DNA of 64,000 bases from IMG/VR virus record IMGVR_UViG_3300025909_000005, one strand, 5' to 3'. Below, one piece after another: positions 1 through 9,004 of the stretch. Source of the DNA: a virus (Duplodnaviria; Caudoviricetes). Position 1 is the stretch's first letter, and each line of letters begins with the position of its first letter. Position numbers and translations under genes: made by a program. The notes under the pieces are model-generated. The model saw only the letters and a list, made by a program, of their open reading frames with translations. It searched no databases and was not told where the DNA came from.

Positions 1-1
1 C

Positions 2-454
2 GGCGCCGACGCCAAGGTGGCGTACGACGAGAAGGTCATGATGGGCGACGGCCTCTTTGCTGGCTTCATCGACGACGAGTCCCGCTTCCTGATCATGGAA
101 GATGCTGACGCGTTCCTGCAGTCCCGCACGGATGGCAACACGATGATGCACAAGTTCCTGAACGTCTCTGACGGCCTCATCTCCGCGGCAGACAAGAAGC
201 TGGTGTTCTCCACCAACCTCGACAAGGTCACCGACATCGACGAAGCTCTCATGCGTCCGGGTCGCTGCTTCGACGTCATCGAGTTCCGCGAGCTCACGAT
301 CGATGAGGCGAAGGCCGTCATTGCTGAGACCGGTTCTGGCAAGCTGCCTACCGACAAGGACGGCAACGTCAAGAAGAAGATCACCCTTGCCGAGATCTTC
401 TCCGTGCAACCCAGCGAAGGCAAGGTCAAGAAGGCAAGGCTTGGATTCGTATGA
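2..454 (+). CDS. AAA+ ATPase, C-terminal part (5' truncated by window)
   Basis: Frame open from nt 2; Walker B-like LIMEDAD, FSTN sensor, IDEALMRPGRCFD arginine-finger motif. Confidence 0.8.
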   Translation, partial: GADAKVAYDEKVMMGDGLFAGFIDDESRFLIMEDADAFLQSRTDGNTMMHKFLNVSDGLISAADKKLVFSTNLDKVTDIDEALMRPGRCFDVIEFRELTIDEAKAVIAETGSGKLPTDKDGNVKKKITLAEIFSVQPSEGKVKKARLGFV

Positions 455-747
455 AGATCACCACCCGTCCTGAGAGCGCCATTCACGGGAAGGGCGCCTA
501 CACGGTTCGCATGACGTACCACCAGCTCGAGCTCATCGCAGCGCTGGTGAATTCAATCCGTCTTGGGCAACACGGCAGCGTCTACAAGCGCGCGGCCTAC
601 GACCTCCATGGTCTCTTCGATGATGTTTTCGATCAGACTTTTATGGACGACGCCGTTCAAAATGTTGATATAGTGATGTCAGTCGTAGATGACCTCTGCG
701 AACCCATCGAACAATTCTCTGTTAGCGAGTTCGCAATCGAAGTATGA
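451..747 (+). CDS. hypothetical protein
   Basis: ATGA overlap with upstream stop, phage-like codon usage. Confidence 0.7.
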   Translation: MKITTRPESAIHGKGAYTVRMTYHQLELIAALVNSIRLGQHGSVYKRAAYDLHGLFDDVFDQTFMDDAVQNVDIVMSVVDDLCEPIEQFSVSEFAIEV

Positions 748-1292
748 AATCAGTCTACGCAATCGAAGGACTTGACCGTCTCGGCAAGTCGACCCTCATT
801 CGCGGCATCATGGATCGCGGTGGTTTCTACCAGACGATCCACTTCAGCAAGCCTGAAAAGCTGGCTGTCTACGAGCAAGCGAAGGACAAGAGCCCTCTCC
901 AGCTCTACCAGGAGCAGAGCTTCCGCAACTCGATGCTGCTCGCCCGTTCCGGTGCGCGGATCATCTTCGATCGCTGGCACCTCGGCGAAGCTGTCTATGC
1001 CCCACTCTACCGTGGCTATGATGGTGACTACGTCTTCAAGCAGGAGAAGATGTTCGCGATGGACGAAGTCCACTCGATTCGCCTCATCCTCCTCGTTGAA
1101 AACTTCAACTACTCGAAGCACTTCGTCTCTGATGGCGACAGCTTCGATGACACGAAGCGGAAGGCTGAGCAGGAACTTTTCTTCGATGCCATGGCAAAGT
1201 CGATCATTCCGGATCGTCGGATCGTGTGCGTTACGGCTGAGGATGGTGGCTTCCGACGCAAGGAAGACATCCTTGAGGAAGCGCTGTCGTGA
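744..1292 (+). CDS. thymidylate-kinase-like P-loop dNMP kinase
   Basis: IEGLDRLGKST P-loop; IFDRWHLGEAVY (DR motif of TMP kinases). Confidence 0.8.
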   Translation: MKSVYAIEGLDRLGKSTLIRGIMDRGGFYQTIHFSKPEKLAVYEQAKDKSPLQLYQEQSFRNSMLLARSGARIIFDRWHLGEAVYAPLYRGYDGDYVFKQEKMFAMDEVHSIRLILLVENFNYSKHFVSDGDSFDDTKRKAEQELFFDAMAKSIIPDRRIVCVTAEDGGFRRKEDILEEALS

Positions 1293-1735
1293 GCAACATC
1301 GTCATCACCTTCAAGATTGGAAATCCTGTAGAGCAGGATCTCGTGCGCAACTCGTTCAACATCGTAGTGCGCCACATGCACGGCGACATGAACGGCTACA
1401 GCAGCGAGACGCGCTACTACTCGATGCAAGAAGAAGGTGCTGAAGGTGCTGTTGAGCGGGCAAAGCGCGCCGCCTACGTTCTCATGAAGCTGCGCGATCA
1501 TCCAGGCCTGTGGGGCATGCACGAGGACACCCTCTTTCCGATAGTGAAGAAGTATGCCAAGGAAATTGGCATGAAGGGTAAGGAGCTGAAGCAGTTCTTC
1601 GATGACTTCATTCAGCCAGATGACACAGATGACTCGTACGAAGCGTACGCGCTCATCGAAAGCGTAGCCGTCTATTGGTACGACGCCTACGGTCAGCAGC
1701 ACCACGTTTCAACAACTTTCACCCAAACTTTATGA
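1289..1735 (+). CDS. hypothetical protein
   Basis: GTGA overlap, in operon. Confidence 0.7.
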   Translation: MSNIVITFKIGNPVEQDLVRNSFNIVVRHMHGDMNGYSSETRYYSMQEEGAEGAVERAKRAAYVLMKLRDHPGLWGMHEDTLFPIVKKYAKEIGMKGKELKQFFDDFIQPDDTDDSYEAYALIESVAVYWYDAYGQQHHVSTTFTQTL

Positions 1736-2106
1736 TCAAACTTGCCATTGGCGCTCCTCTGAAGGAAGTCGCATGCCACAACGTCTACAAGCTCGTCGTC
1801 GAGTTCATGCACGGTGATGCCGACGCCTACACGAAGACCGAGTACTTCTACAGTGAAGATCGGCTCGACGAGCTGACAAAGGACGTTGCCATGCTTGAGC
1901 TGTGCGAGGGCTGGAACTGGGAAGACAGGCTCGATGAATTCGCAGAGCAGGTCGGTCTGTCGAGCGATGAGCTTGAGACGTGGGAAGATAAATTTCGTGA
2001 GTGCGACGCGACGAATGACTGCAACTCGCTGGCCTCGCCTAGCGTCAGCGAGCTCACCTACTTTGGGGATGAAGGCACGGAGTACAGCGTGGACATCATC
2101 AAGTAA
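1732..2106 (+). CDS. hypothetical acidic protein
   Basis: ATG 1732 overlaps upstream TGA. Confidence 0.7.
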   Translation: MIKLAIGAPLKEVACHNVYKLVVEFMHGDADAYTKTEYFYSEDRLDELTKDVAMLELCEGWNWEDRLDEFAEQVGLSSDELETWEDKFRECDATNDCNSLASPSVSELTYFGDEGTEYSVDIIK

Positions 2107-2321
2107 TGAAGGTCGTCGCGATCTCAACCCCTGAGGAGGCGCGGGAGCGCCTCATTTCAGCTCGTGACATGGGCTACGTGACGTTCATCTACGATCACGT
2201 GGACCCAAAGCACGAGCTTCTAGAGGAAAGCTTCCTGTACGTCAGCTCAGATGATGAGCTCAAGGAAAAGCTTCACCTCCTCAAGATGGACATCAGCACA
2301 GTCGACCTGTTACGGTGGTAA
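2106..2321 (+). CDS. hypothetical protein
   Basis: TAATG coupling. Confidence 0.65.
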   Translation: MKVVAISTPEEARERLISARDMGYVTFIYDHVDPKHELLEESFLYVSSDDELKEKLHLLKMDISTVDLLRW

Positions 2322-2342
2322 CATCTTGGGGTCACTGTGTAC

Positions 2343-2348
2343 TAAAAT
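2343..2348 (+). promoter_or_regulatory. sigma70-type -10 box, predicted leaderless start
   Basis: TAAAAT-acgaat-ATG(2355). Confidence 0.55.
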
Positions 2349-2354
2349 ACGAAT

Positions 2355-2777
2355 ATGGCATACAATAACCCCACCCCTGTTGCAGTCGCTGTCATGTTTG
2401 TCGGCGATGCCCTTGAAGAGGCTCGTCTTCTTACTGTCTGCCGCAAACTAGCCCCTGTTGGTGGCTGGGCCCTGCCTGGTGGCTTCGTCGATGAAGGTGA
2501 AACTGCTGAGCGGGCGATCCAGCGAGAGGTTCTTGAGGAGTGCGGCATTCGCACGGATATCAGTCTCTGGGTGCCGATTCAGACGGAGATTACGCCGCGC
2601 AATCAGCTCCTTGTCTTCATGGAATACCTCGCACCTCTCGACGAGAATGTGTTGAGCAACTTCAATGAAAATGACGAGGTCTCTGCTCTCGGCACGTTCA
2701 ATGGTAGCACCACGCTATGCTTCCCACTGCATGACAAAGTGGCTCGTGCTGCTGTCAATTCTTTCCAAACCGCATGA
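2355..2777 (+). CDS. NUDIX hydrolase
   Basis: Nudix box GGFVDEGETAERAIQREVLEECG. Confidence 0.9.
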   Translation: MAYNNPTPVAVAVMFVGDALEEARLLTVCRKLAPVGGWALPGGFVDEGETAERAIQREVLEECGIRTDISLWVPIQTEITPRNQLLVFMEYLAPLDENVLSNFNENDEVSALGTFNGSTTLCFPLHDKVARAAVNSFQTA

Positions 2778-3301
2778 CCGCATCCACGTTCGGCGCCGCC
2801 TTTGACAAGCTGAGTCACGAGACTCAGCGTCAGTTCATCCACAACCTGAACATGAGGCGTGGCCACTACGCTGGCCTCATGGGCGGGTGTTCGACTCTCG
2901 AGTGGATCAGCCAAGTCAAGGCGGTCATTCTTGGCGACACGCCCGGCCCTGGACGTCCGAAAGACCCGAACTACCACCACACTCCCTTCTACAGCACGAA
3001 GAACTCCAGTCTCTGGATGAATGCCCAGCTCGTAGAAGCCGGCATTGACGAGCGTCGGCTTGCCTGGTTCAACACTACCCTCGCTGATGGCACCCTACTC
3101 GAGCAAGGGAAGGTGACGCAGTTCCTGCCGTTCAATCCGAAGATCATCGTGTTGGGCGGCAATGCCGAGAAGTGGGTGCGATGCGTCGCACCTACACCGG
3201 TCTACACGAAGGTGTTTCACCCAGCTTTTGCGAAGCGGTTCCATTCCAAGGAACCGTACGCGCTCATCAACGAACTTCTCTTTATCAAGGAACTGCAGTG
3301 A
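2774..3301 (+). CDS. uracil-DNA glycosylase superfamily protein (family-4-like, no Fe-S cysteines)
   Basis: ILGDTPG (motif A-like), AWFN, IIVLGGNA, VFHPAF (motif B-like). Confidence 0.65.
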   Translation: MTASTFGAAFDKLSHETQRQFIHNLNMRRGHYAGLMGGCSTLEWISQVKAVILGDTPGPGRPKDPNYHHTPFYSTKNSSLWMNAQLVEAGIDERRLAWFNTTLADGTLLEQGKVTQFLPFNPKIIVLGGNAEKWVRCVAPTPVYTKVFHPAFAKRFHSKEPYALINELLFIKELQ

Positions 3302-3444
3302 TTGCTCTTCTCATGTTTCTTTTCGGTCTGCTCCTCCTTGGAGTTGCCACTCGCATCGTGCCATCGAAGGAGATACTCTTCGTCGGTGGACTGCTGATCA
3401 TCCTCTCACCAGCTGTGTTGATCATCAACCTTCTTCACTCCTGA
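3298..3444 (+). CDS. small membrane protein
   Basis: GTGA overlap; 48 aa, two hydrophobic stretches. Confidence 0.6.
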   Translation: MIALLMFLFGLLLLGVATRIVPSKEILFVGGLLIILSPAVLIINLLHS

Positions 3445-3453
3445 AAGACCGTC

Positions 3454-3927
3454 ATGACTTGTAAGTGTGGGAACTACACTCGTTTCCTGAGCCTCGGCGG
3501 CAAGTGCAGTGACATGTGCTATACGAGGGTGCCTCACCTGAAGTACGAGAATGATGGCTACGCGCCGCCCATTCCAGGTCTGGGCGGCGGCGACTACATC
3601 GAACTTAAAGTCTGCCTCAACTGCGGTCTCTTGCAGGGCTTCAAGGCGCCGTTCTCCGACGAAGACCTGAAGGTCGCGCTCGACATCGAAGAGGACGAGG
3701 AAGAACCAGACGACAACCTCGTAGAGCTCATCGAGGCGATTGCAGCGATCGACATGCTCCGCTGGACTGGTCAAGATGTTGCCATGGTTATCAGGCAGGT
3801 CTACACCGATTTTCATGACAAGCGCCGCATCGACCTGCTAGAACACTTCCTTGGTGCCAACCTCTGGTACAAGCAAGAAATTCTCCAAGAGCTGAATGAT
3901 CGGCTCGACCTACAAAATGGCGAATGA
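3454..3927 (+). CDS. hypothetical protein, Cys-rich N-terminus
   Basis: CKC, CSDMC, CLNC motifs suggest Zn binding. Confidence 0.65.
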   Translation: MTCKCGNYTRFLSLGGKCSDMCYTRVPHLKYENDGYAPPIPGLGGGDYIELKVCLNCGLLQGFKAPFSDEDLKVALDIEEDEEEPDDNLVELIEAIAAIDMLRWTGQDVAMVIRQVYTDFHDKRRIDLLEHFLGANLWYKQEILQELNDRLDLQNGE

Positions 3928-3933
3928 CCCGGG

Positions 3934-3939
3934 CAAACT
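3934..3939 (+). promoter_or_regulatory. sigma70-type -10 box
   Basis: TATAAT in intergenic DNA upstream of an SD and ATG 3977. Confidence 0.5.
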
Positions 3940-3976
3940 CGGGTATAATCGACCATCAACTAAAGAAAGGCGCATC

Positions 3977-4162
3977 ATGCGTAGCGTATCACTTCTCGGC
4001 CTGCTCTGGCTGGTTCTCTGGATTGCCGGCATCATCGGCTGGGTCCTGAACATCATCGACATCTTCCACATGGCGCACCCGCTTGACAGCGGCTTCGGCA
4101 TCCTGCGGATCGTCGGCATCTTCGTCGCACCGCTCGGCTCAATCCTCGGTCTGTTCTTCTGA
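3977..4162 (+). CDS. small membrane protein
   Basis: AAAGG SD; two TM-like segments. Confidence 0.65.
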   Translation: MRSVSLLGLLWLVLWIAGIIGWVLNIIDIFHMAHPLDSGFGILRIVGIFVAPLGSILGLFF

Positions 4163-4163
4163 C

Positions 4164-4841
4164 GTGAAGTTCCCTGACGAGTTCCGGCTGGTCACACCAG
4201 CGAAGCACTACTTCGACGATCCAGCATACCCTGAAGCTGTCGAGTACGTTGCCGCGCGGAACGAACTCTTTGATCGCATGGTGAATGGCACGCTCTACGT
4301 GAAGTTCATCGCTGGTGACCGCAAGGGCTCGATCGCGCGGATGGTGCGTGACACGCGCTATGATAAAGATGGCGATGAATACGTGCAGCCACGTGCCTCA
4401 ATCAAGGCGCGGCGTCGTTACTGGAATGATCCAGATGAGTACGAAATCGACTGGTCATGGTTCAGTGGCATCTGCAAGTGGGACAAGCGCAAGAACAGCT
4501 GTCAACTCACGATGCCTGACGCAGATGCAGTCTTCCTGCCGAATTACAACGGACCGACCATCTACGAGATGTTTGACCGAAAGGCGGCAAAGGAAGAGCT
4601 GCTGAAGAACCCAGACCAGACGGACATCGATGGCAACGTGCTGGCGATCGGCGACAAGGTGCTGTACATCAACGCGCGGTACTACGCGGGCATGGAGCTC
4701 TGTCACGGTACTATCCAGGAGTTCAAGGTCACAGCAGACTCGAAGGGACACTCATTCACCACAGTCGTGAAGAATGACGAAGCTGACGAGGTGTCATCCA
4801 TCTCGTACCCGTGGCAAATGATCTACAAGAAAGCAACATGA
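4164..4841 (+). CDS. hypothetical protein
   Basis: GTG start after upstream stop (MKFPDEFR...); phage-like codon usage. Confidence 0.7.
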   Translation: MKFPDEFRLVTPAKHYFDDPAYPEAVEYVAARNELFDRMVNGTLYVKFIAGDRKGSIARMVRDTRYDKDGDEYVQPRASIKARRRYWNDPDEYEIDWSWFSGICKWDKRKNSCQLTMPDADAVFLPNYNGPTIYEMFDRKAAKEELLKNPDQTDIDGNVLAIGDKVLYINARYYAGMELCHGTIQEFKVTADSKGHSFTTVVKNDEADEVSSISYPWQMIYKKAT

Positions 4842-6040
4842 AAATCCTGATTACGGGCTTCAACAAGAACCAGTGCACGCGAAAGTTCTACCTTCGTCAG
4901 CAGCTGAAGGTCGTGCCTTCGCACTACTCGCTGTTCAACTGCCTCGTCGACATGGGTCACGAGGTCGAGCAGCGCCAGGTAACGCTCGGTGAAGACCTGA
5001 GTGGCTACGACGAGATCATCGTCTTCATCGCGGGGCCACGCCAGCTGGTTGCCACGACGGTCTACGAGGGGCTGTGGGCCATTTCGCAGAAGCCGGGCTG
5101 CATCCTCGCTTTCGACGACTGGCAGGTTCCTGACCTCTTCAAGGGTGTGGCAAAGTGCGACCAGAAGCCTGACGAGCTCTTCGCTCAGTTCATTCTCGAT
5201 GTCAACAAGAAGACCCTCGAGGATGTCAAGCCGTACGAGCAGCAGTTCATGCAGGCGATCAGCGTGATCACCGCGAAGCAGAACCGCATGCTCATCAGCG
5301 CGTTCCAAACCGGCCATGTGTCGGGCGACGTGCATGGACCTGAGCTGCTCTTCGACAAGATCACGTATCCAAGTGATCGTCTCTTCGTCTACAACCCGAA
5401 CCCGTACCACCGCAACCGCATGTGGAACGATGAGGCCCATGAAGGATCAGAAGACCCGACCTGGAAGCCATCGTCGCTGAGCTACACCGCTCGCCCACGT
5501 CCTCCGAAGGAGGAGCGCTTCAACTTCGCCAGTCTCGTGCAGTCGAAGACACAGAAGTGGCTCAAGAAGCAGGGCTACACGGGCAACCCGAAGAACGACG
5601 AGGAAGGTGTGATCCGCGGCAATGGTCGGTACCCTTCTGCAGGTCCCAACACGACACCATTCTGGCCCGTCGACCTCTACGGCTCCAAAGCAGAGACGCA
5701 GAAGCGGCTCACCGAGGACGAAATGGTTGGCGTCATCACCCGCGACTGGGGCTGCCTCATGCCTGGCTACGAACACGCTGGCTCTGGCTGGTGGCGTGCT
5801 CGGCCGCTGCAGTGTGCTGATGCTGACTCGATCCTGATCGGTGAGGATCGTGAGCTGCGCGTCTACTACGGCGACGACTACAAGTACTTCGGTCTTGTCG
5901 CAGCGGACCTGGTTGACATGTCTCCTCAAGACCTTCACGACTGCGCCATTCACCAGAAGATCCAGCTTTACAAGTACCATCCACTCGACAAACTTCGTCA
6001 GGTGAATGAGCTTCAGACGGTTCTGGACGCGCCAAAGTGA
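4838..6040 (+). CDS. GT-B glycosyltransferase resembling T4 DNA beta-glucosyltransferase
   Basis: MKILITG, KVVPSHYSLFNCLVDMGHEVE, DLSGYDEIIVF, ILAFDDWQVP and WWRARPLQCADADSILIG align by eye with the recalled T4 BGT segments MKIAIIN, KTVPSSETIYLFKVISEMGLNVD, DVNDYDRLIVV, YYLFTDIRLP and FITLRVWETMASDAVMLID. Confidence 0.65.
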   Translation: MKILITGFNKNQCTRKFYLRQQLKVVPSHYSLFNCLVDMGHEVEQRQVTLGEDLSGYDEIIVFIAGPRQLVATTVYEGLWAISQKPGCILAFDDWQVPDLFKGVAKCDQKPDELFAQFILDVNKKTLEDVKPYEQQFMQAISVITAKQNRMLISAFQTGHVSGDVHGPELLFDKITYPSDRLFVYNPNPYHRNRMWNDEAHEGSEDPTWKPSSLSYTARPRPPKEERFNFASLVQSKTQKWLKKQGYTGNPKNDEEGVIRGNGRYPSAGPNTTPFWPVDLYGSKAETQKRLTEDEMVGVITRDWGCLMPGYEHAGSGWWRARPLQCADADSILIGEDRELRVYYGDDYKYFGLVAADLVDMSPQDLHDCAIHQKIQLYKYHPLDKLRQVNELQTVLDAPK

Positions 6041-6046
6041 TACAAT
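6038..6046 (+). promoter_or_regulatory. extended -10 promoter, predicted leaderless start
   Basis: TGA-TACAAT-ggtagc-ATG(6053). Confidence 0.6.
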
Positions 6047-6052
6047 GGTAGC

Positions 6053-6424
6053 ATGATCGACCTAAACCTCTACCCTCCGAAAGAAGCCCAAGTGGGCGTC
6101 TATGATGGCCACTCCTACGGCGCCAAAGGCCTCCTCGACATTCACGTCGATGAGGACTCCAATGGTGTCTTCGAGGGCTCCCGCTTCAACGGTGAGATCA
6201 TCCACCTGAAGGATGGCGACGAGGAGGTCGGCACGTTCTGTGTCGGCTACCTGAGTGTCGGCCCTGGCACGTTCTGGGTCGAGGTGCCGGTCGAGGCATG
6301 CAGCATCTACAACGAAGAACAACATGACCCAACCTACCAAGCGAAGCTTTGGTTGGCGTCAGAAGAGGGAAAAGAATGGCTGAAACAACACCCACTACCG
6401 AGGCTTCCAGGGGATCCGAAGTAA
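6053..6424 (+). CDS. hypothetical protein
   Basis: ORF between the GT and the mutase. Confidence 0.65.
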   Translation: MIDLNLYPPKEAQVGVYDGHSYGAKGLLDIHVDEDSNGVFEGSRFNGEIIHLKDGDEEVGTFCVGYLSVGPGTFWVEVPVEACSIYNEEQHDPTYQAKLWLASEEGKEWLKQHPLPRLPGDPK

Positions 6425-7719
6425 GGAAGAAGGCCCTTGTCGTCGGCGCTGGCTTTGCTGGCGCCGTTGTCGCTAGAGAGCTCGCAGATACAGGTGACTG
6501 GGACGTACTCGTCATCGATGCACGCAATCACGTTGCGGGCAACGCCTTTGACTACGTGAACGAGCTGGGCATTCGCGTGCACAAGTACGGTCCCCATCTC
6601 TGGCATGGAAACTCGGACATCGCGCAGGAATGGGCGTCGCGTTTCACAGAGTGGGTTCCGTACAAGCACTACGTGACAGCTCAGCTGCCTGATGGCCAGC
6701 ACGTGCCGCTGCCAATCAACGCGAAGACGATCATGGAGGTCTTCGGCCAAGAGTTTCACAACTTCGCCATGTCGAAGCCTGAGTACTGGGCCTACCAAGA
6801 CGAGGACATTGCTGACGGCATCGGCTACCTTCCGCTCGCCTTCGAGGCGTTCATGGAGCAGCAGCGGGTCAAGTACGAGGCCGTGACAAACTCCCGTGAG
6901 CACGTCGAGTCATCGGTTGGCAAGCGACTGTGCGAGTTGTTCTTCGCGCCGTACACCAAGAAGATGTGGGGCATGGATCTCGCTGACCTTCCAACGTCGG
7001 TAGCGGCCCGCATCCCAACGAAGACCGACTCGGACAAGTACTACTTTCCGAAGGACAAGTACCAGTTCATTCCGAAGGACGGCTACACCGCACTGATCAC
7101 GAAGGCACTTGACCACCCGAACATCACGGTGAAGCTCTGCACGAAGCGCCAAGAGCTCATGCAGTACGCAGGAAGCTATGAGTACCCCTACGTTATTTCG
7201 ACGGGGTGGGACAACGTCAAGTTCGACGCCGTGTTCACGTCAGAGCCCATCGACACGTACTACAACTGCGACCTTGGTGAGCTGCCTTGGCGCTCCATCA
7301 AGTGCCACACGTACAACGTGCCAGTGCCGAAGCTACTCGACGCACCAGTGGTCAACTTCACGCACGACGGTCCACACACGCGTGCTACCGAGTGGAAGCA
7401 GATTCCAGGCCACGATTTTCCTGACTACGCGCGAGATGAATACAGCTCGAGCAAGTACTGGACGACCATCACTGTTGAAGAGCCGTGTGATTACCGCGAC
7501 AACAACATGGAGCGGTACTACCCAGTCAAGACGTCGCATGTCATTGACCCCAATCGTGAACTCTACAAGCAGTACCGTGACCGTGCCAAGAAGGACGGCA
7601 TTCACTTCATCGGCCGCTGTGGTCGCTACGTGTACACGGACATGATGCCCTGCATCAACTCGACCCTCGCTCAGGTCGGTCGTTTCTTGTCGGGTGATAC
7701 AATACCATCAGAGGACTGA
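6376..7719 (+). CDS. glf: UDP-galactopyranose mutase (FAD-dependent)
   Basis: VVGAGFAG FAD motif, AGNAFD, HKYGPH, LFFAPYTKKMWG, RIP, YQFIPKDGYT, WRS, TRATEWKQ, RYYP, GRCGRYVYTDM: the collinear set of Glf motifs. Confidence 0.9.
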   Translation: MAETTPTTEASRGSEVRKKALVVGAGFAGAVVARELADTGDWDVLVIDARNHVAGNAFDYVNELGIRVHKYGPHLWHGNSDIAQEWASRFTEWVPYKHYVTAQLPDGQHVPLPINAKTIMEVFGQEFHNFAMSKPEYWAYQDEDIADGIGYLPLAFEAFMEQQRVKYEAVTNSREHVESSVGKRLCELFFAPYTKKMWGMDLADLPTSVAARIPTKTDSDKYYFPKDKYQFIPKDGYTALITKALDHPNITVKLCTKRQELMQYAGSYEYPYVISTGWDNVKFDAVFTSEPIDTYYNCDLGELPWRSIKCHTYNVPVPKLLDAPVVNFTHDGPHTRATEWKQIPGHDFPDYARDEYSSSKYWTTITVEEPCDYRDNNMERYYPVKTSHVIDPNRELYKQYRDRAKKDGIHFIGRCGRYVYTDMMPCINSTLAQVGRFLSGDTIPSED

Positions 7720-7721
7720 AA

Positions 7722-8228
7722 ATGATGAATGACATTCCCGTTGGCTACGCACTCACGATCACCTCGTGGGAGAACGACGCCGACTGCTACAAGGACGTGA
7801 ACTTCTACGGCCTGGCCTACGAGGACGTGTGGTTCCTCATTGACCTTGCGAAGCTCTTCAAGTCGATGAACAACTACGCAGACCCAGGGTTCGGAGGCGG
7901 AGCTTGGCACTGGAAAAATGGCGAGAAGAACTACTTCAGCGACGTCTACGCTGCGATTGACGAGGTAGTTGAGAAGTACAAGGACATCAACGTCAGCTCA
8001 GAGCTCTACGGCCAGTGGTCGAATCTTCGTGCTGACGCTGAAATCGACCCAGAGTACGGAGACGACGGCTACAATCAAATGATTCAGGAACTCGTGAGCT
8101 ACCCTGAAGACGAGTACTACCGTGGGAATTACATTCGCGTGTTTGACAGCTTCAAGGTGCACTACTACAAGGCTGCTGTCGATGACTGCACAAGTGACTT
8201 CGAGGGCAAGCTGCCAGAGCCGGTATGA
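7722..8228 (+). CDS. hypothetical acidic protein
   Basis: GAGG SD; preceded by TGA-TACAAT (7695-7703). Confidence 0.7.
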   Translation: MMNDIPVGYALTITSWENDADCYKDVNFYGLAYEDVWFLIDLAKLFKSMNNYADPGFGGGAWHWKNGEKNYFSDVYAAIDEVVEKYKDINVSSELYGQWSNLRADAEIDPEYGDDGYNQMIQELVSYPEDEYYRGNYIRVFDSFKVHYYKAAVDDCTSDFEGKLPEPV

Positions 8229-8383
8229 GCAACCTTCTCTTCAACATCCGTTTTGGCTCGTACCACTGGCAGGTCCGCAGGGATCGACCATGGTTCAGCA
8301 TCAGCCATAATCCAGTGCATGATGAACGTGGACCTGGTTTCAAGTGGTTCATGGTCTACTGCTGGTTCGGAAAGCACGTGTGA
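8225..8383 (+). CDS. hypothetical 52-aa Trp-rich protein
   Basis: ATGA overlap at the start, GTGA overlap at the end; absent from ORF track. Confidence 0.55.
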   Translation: MSNLLFNIRFGSYHWQVRRDRPWFSISHNPVHDERGPGFKWFMVYCWFGKHV

Positions 8384-8703
8384 AGAGCGGGCCCAAGTAC
8401 ATTCCAGGGGAATGCAGGTGCAGCAACTGCTGCAACCCTGGCCCAAAATGGGAAGCAGAGACGCGTTGGGCCCGGAACAACCGCAAGAAGAGAATCCTCG
8501 GCATTGAGAAGAGGTACCGTGAACGAACAGCCTACCAACAACGAGCCTTCAGAAAAGAGTACCCTCCCCTCTTCGGAGAGAAGCGAAAGCTCCGCTCGGC
8601 CCCAAAGAAGGTCAAGAGGTTCTATCGCTGGCAGACCAGTCTCTGGCGATATCGACAGGCCTTTGCCGAGTCCAGAAGAAATCGCCTGGCGGAACAGGGT
8701 TGA
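8380..8703 (+). CDS. hypothetical basic protein
   Basis: GTG overlapping upstream TGA; CRCSNCC motif; very Arg/Lys-rich. Confidence 0.5.
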   Translation: MKSGPKYIPGECRCSNCCNPGPKWEAETRWARNNRKKRILGIEKRYRERTAYQQRAFRKEYPPLFGEKRKLRSAPKKVKRFYRWQTSLWRYRQAFAESRRNRLAEQG

Positions 8704-9004
8704 AGAGGATCGCTGGGCACTCTACCAAGAGCGGCCCTACGTTGATGTGGTAGCGCGTGCCAAGCTTCGAGTCCAGCACGAGGAGTGGCTAGGCAAGCCT
8801 GTCCCTGAGTTCACCGTCATTCACACAGAAGAATACACCGCAATCGAGAGTCACTCTCACGACGATGACCTCTGGCTTCGGCTGTCAGGAAATTTTCTGC
8901 CCGACCGCCGGCTCATGATCGCAACAGAAATCTGCGACCAGCTCAATCGCATTGAGCAACAGGACCTAGAAGCAGCCCTAATCAGGAAGAAGAATGCAAT
9001 TTGA
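8504..9004 (+). CDS. hypothetical protein, start uncertain (GTG 8747 or entry by frameshift near 8675)
   Basis: Codon usage looks gene-like only after about 8675. Confidence 0.45.
   Translation: MRRGTVNEQPTNNEPSEKSTLPSSERSESSARPQRRSRGSIAGRPVSGDIDRPLPSPEEIAWRNRVEEDRWALYQERPYVDVVARAKLRVQHEEWLGKPVPEFTVIHTEEYTAIESHSHDDDLWLRLSGNFLPDRRLMIATEICDQLNRIEQQDLEAALIRKKNAI

Noticed and set aside
451-468. Identical MKITTR N-terminus in the gene at 451 and the truncated gene at 63947
   Set aside because: Only six residues are shared and the sequences diverge immediately; likely coincidence
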